50,737 bases of DNA, taken from contig JACPYA010000041.1 in NCBI GenBank assembly GCA_016196295.1, forward strand, positions 1-50,737, in the 5' to 3' direction. The stretch comes from Candidatus Peregrinibacteria bacterium (GTDB taxonomy: Bacteria > Patescibacteriota > Gracilibacteria > Peribacterales > Peribacteraceae). Under the pieces are notes generated by a model that was given only the letters and a program-made list of their open reading frames with translations, was not told where the DNA came from and made no database searches. The position numbers were made by a program, and so were the translations under genes. Positions 49,617-50,737 of this stretch are shown here, piece by piece. Positions within the stretch are counted from its first letter, which is position 1, and each line of letters begins with the position of its first letter.

Positions 49617-50648
49617 ATGTTGATCCTCGGAATCGAAACATCGTGCGACGAGACGGCTGCCGCAGTCGTCGAAGACGGCGTGCATGTCAAAAGCTCCATC
49701 ATCGCAAGTTCCAAGAAATTTTTTGAGCGGAAGACGGGCGTGATCCCGGAGGAAGCCGCGCGCAAGCAAGTCGAGTGCATGATCCCCGTGCTCGAGGCGG
49801 CATTAAAAGATGCGACGATAGACCCTTCCGCTCTCGATGCGATCGCGGTGACGCGCGGGCCCGGACTCCTGGGGTCACTGCTCGTTGGCACAACAACCGC
49901 GCGGCTGCTTGCATCCACGTGGAAGAAGCCGCTCATTGGCGTCCACCATACACTCGGCCATTTGAGCTCCACGTGGTTGGAGGCACAAGATGCTCCCGCC
50001 TTTCCGATCCTCACGCTCTCGGCCTCCGGCGGGCATACCGATCTGTGGCTACGCACGTCGCACATGAGCGGCATGCTCCTCGGCGCGACGCGCGACGACG
50101 CGGCCGGCGAAGCGTTCGACAAGGGCGCCAGCCTGCTCGGGCTCCCCTACCCCGGCGGGCCTTCCATCGCAAAAGCTGCGGAATCCGGAAACCCGCATGC
50201 CTACACGTTTCCGATTCCTCTCGCGCAGGAGGACACACTCGACTTCAGTTACTCCGGGCTCAAAACCTCTCTGAAATATCTCCTCAGAGACCTGAAGGGT
50301 GAGGGTATCCTCGCGGACCTCGCGGCTTCGTACCAACACGCGATCTGCGCGCACCTCGCCGATCGCTTTGCCCGCGCCCTCGGCAAGCACCCGGAGGCGA
50401 AGGAACTGCATGTCGTGGGTGGAGTCTCCGCGAACACCGTGCTGCGAGAGATGCTCCGGACACTCCCCAGGCCATTTCGAGCACCGGTGAAACTCTCCTA
50501 CTGCACAGACAATGCCGCAATGATCGCCAGTGCGGGATACTTCCTGCAGAAAGAACACGGCAAGCGCGCCTTCGCTCCATTCACGACGGAAGCATCTCTC
50601 CCGCGCAGCGCCGTTCTGCAGCAAACTACGCGAGTGACGGGAGAATGA
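49617..50648 (+). CDS. tsaD: tRNA N6-adenosine threonylcarbamoyltransferase
   Basis: The ATG at 49617 gives MLILGIETSCDETAAAVV. It also has GVHHTLGH, SGGHT, DDAAGEAFDK and GGVSAN. Confidence 0.95.
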   Translation: MLILGIETSCDETAAAVVEDGVHVKSSIIASSKKFFERKTGVIPEEAARKQVECMIPVLEAALKDATIDPSALDAIAVTRGPGLLGSLLVGTTTARLLASTWKKPLIGVHHTLGHLSSTWLEAQDAPAFPILTLSASGGHTDLWLRTSHMSGMLLGATRDDAAGEAFDKGASLLGLPYPGGPSIAKAAESGNPHAYTFPIPLAQEDTLDFSYSGLKTSLKYLLRDLKGEGILADLAASYQHAICAHLADRFARALGKHPEAKELHVVGGVSANTVLREMLRTLPRPFRAPVKLSYCTDNAAMIASAGYFLQKEHGKRAFAPFTTEASLPRSAVLQQTTRVTGE

Positions 50649-50737
50649 CACTCCCCGCGATCGCGAGGATCCCGAGGAAGGCCACGAGGCGGACGAGCGT
50701 GGATTTTTTTATACGGCTACGCGAAATGATGAAAAAC

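Overview
A GC-rich bacterial chromosomal window with compact housekeeping genes on both strands: priA, an MIP channel, a SpoU methyltransferase, purQ, pyrH, frr, pyk, rsmH with an ftsL-like gene, gnd, tal, a fused tkt, murE, rnhB, lgt, tsaD and a riboflavin kinase. It also holds a large accessory block at about 27-41 kb that encodes secreted repeat or adhesin-like proteins, including a 1576-aa LamG/Ig-like/glycosidase giant, preceded by transposase-like HTH proteins. The gene content (many tiny GIY-YIG and 23S-rRNA-IVS-type four-helix-bundle ORFs, a reduced metabolism, huge surface proteins) suggests a CPR/Patescibacteria-like organism; this is inference only. I found no rRNA, CRISPR array, DDE transposase, reverse transcriptase or recognisable defence operon. 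Three layers of small selfish or structured DNA are the unusual part. (1) Four-helix-bundle (IVS/Avd-family) genes each sit in the loop of a long hairpin whose arms are copy-specific simple repeats, and they are inserted between conserved operon partners (pyrH|frr, tal|gnd). ORF-less derivatives also occur, including an in-frame insertion inside transketolase. (2) Mini GIY-YIG genes and roughly 70-nt MITE-like derivatives lie exactly at the 3' ends of tRNA genes, bounded by duplicated tRNA 3' segments. (3) A conserved element of about 190-210 nt, possibly a structured RNA, is present in two divergent copies in inverted orientation. Its 5' module (CCTTCG-hairpin-CTACG) recurs at least seven times in the window, including a perfect 45-bp inverted pair. 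Most long ORFs antisense to these genes are GC-driven shadow ORFs.
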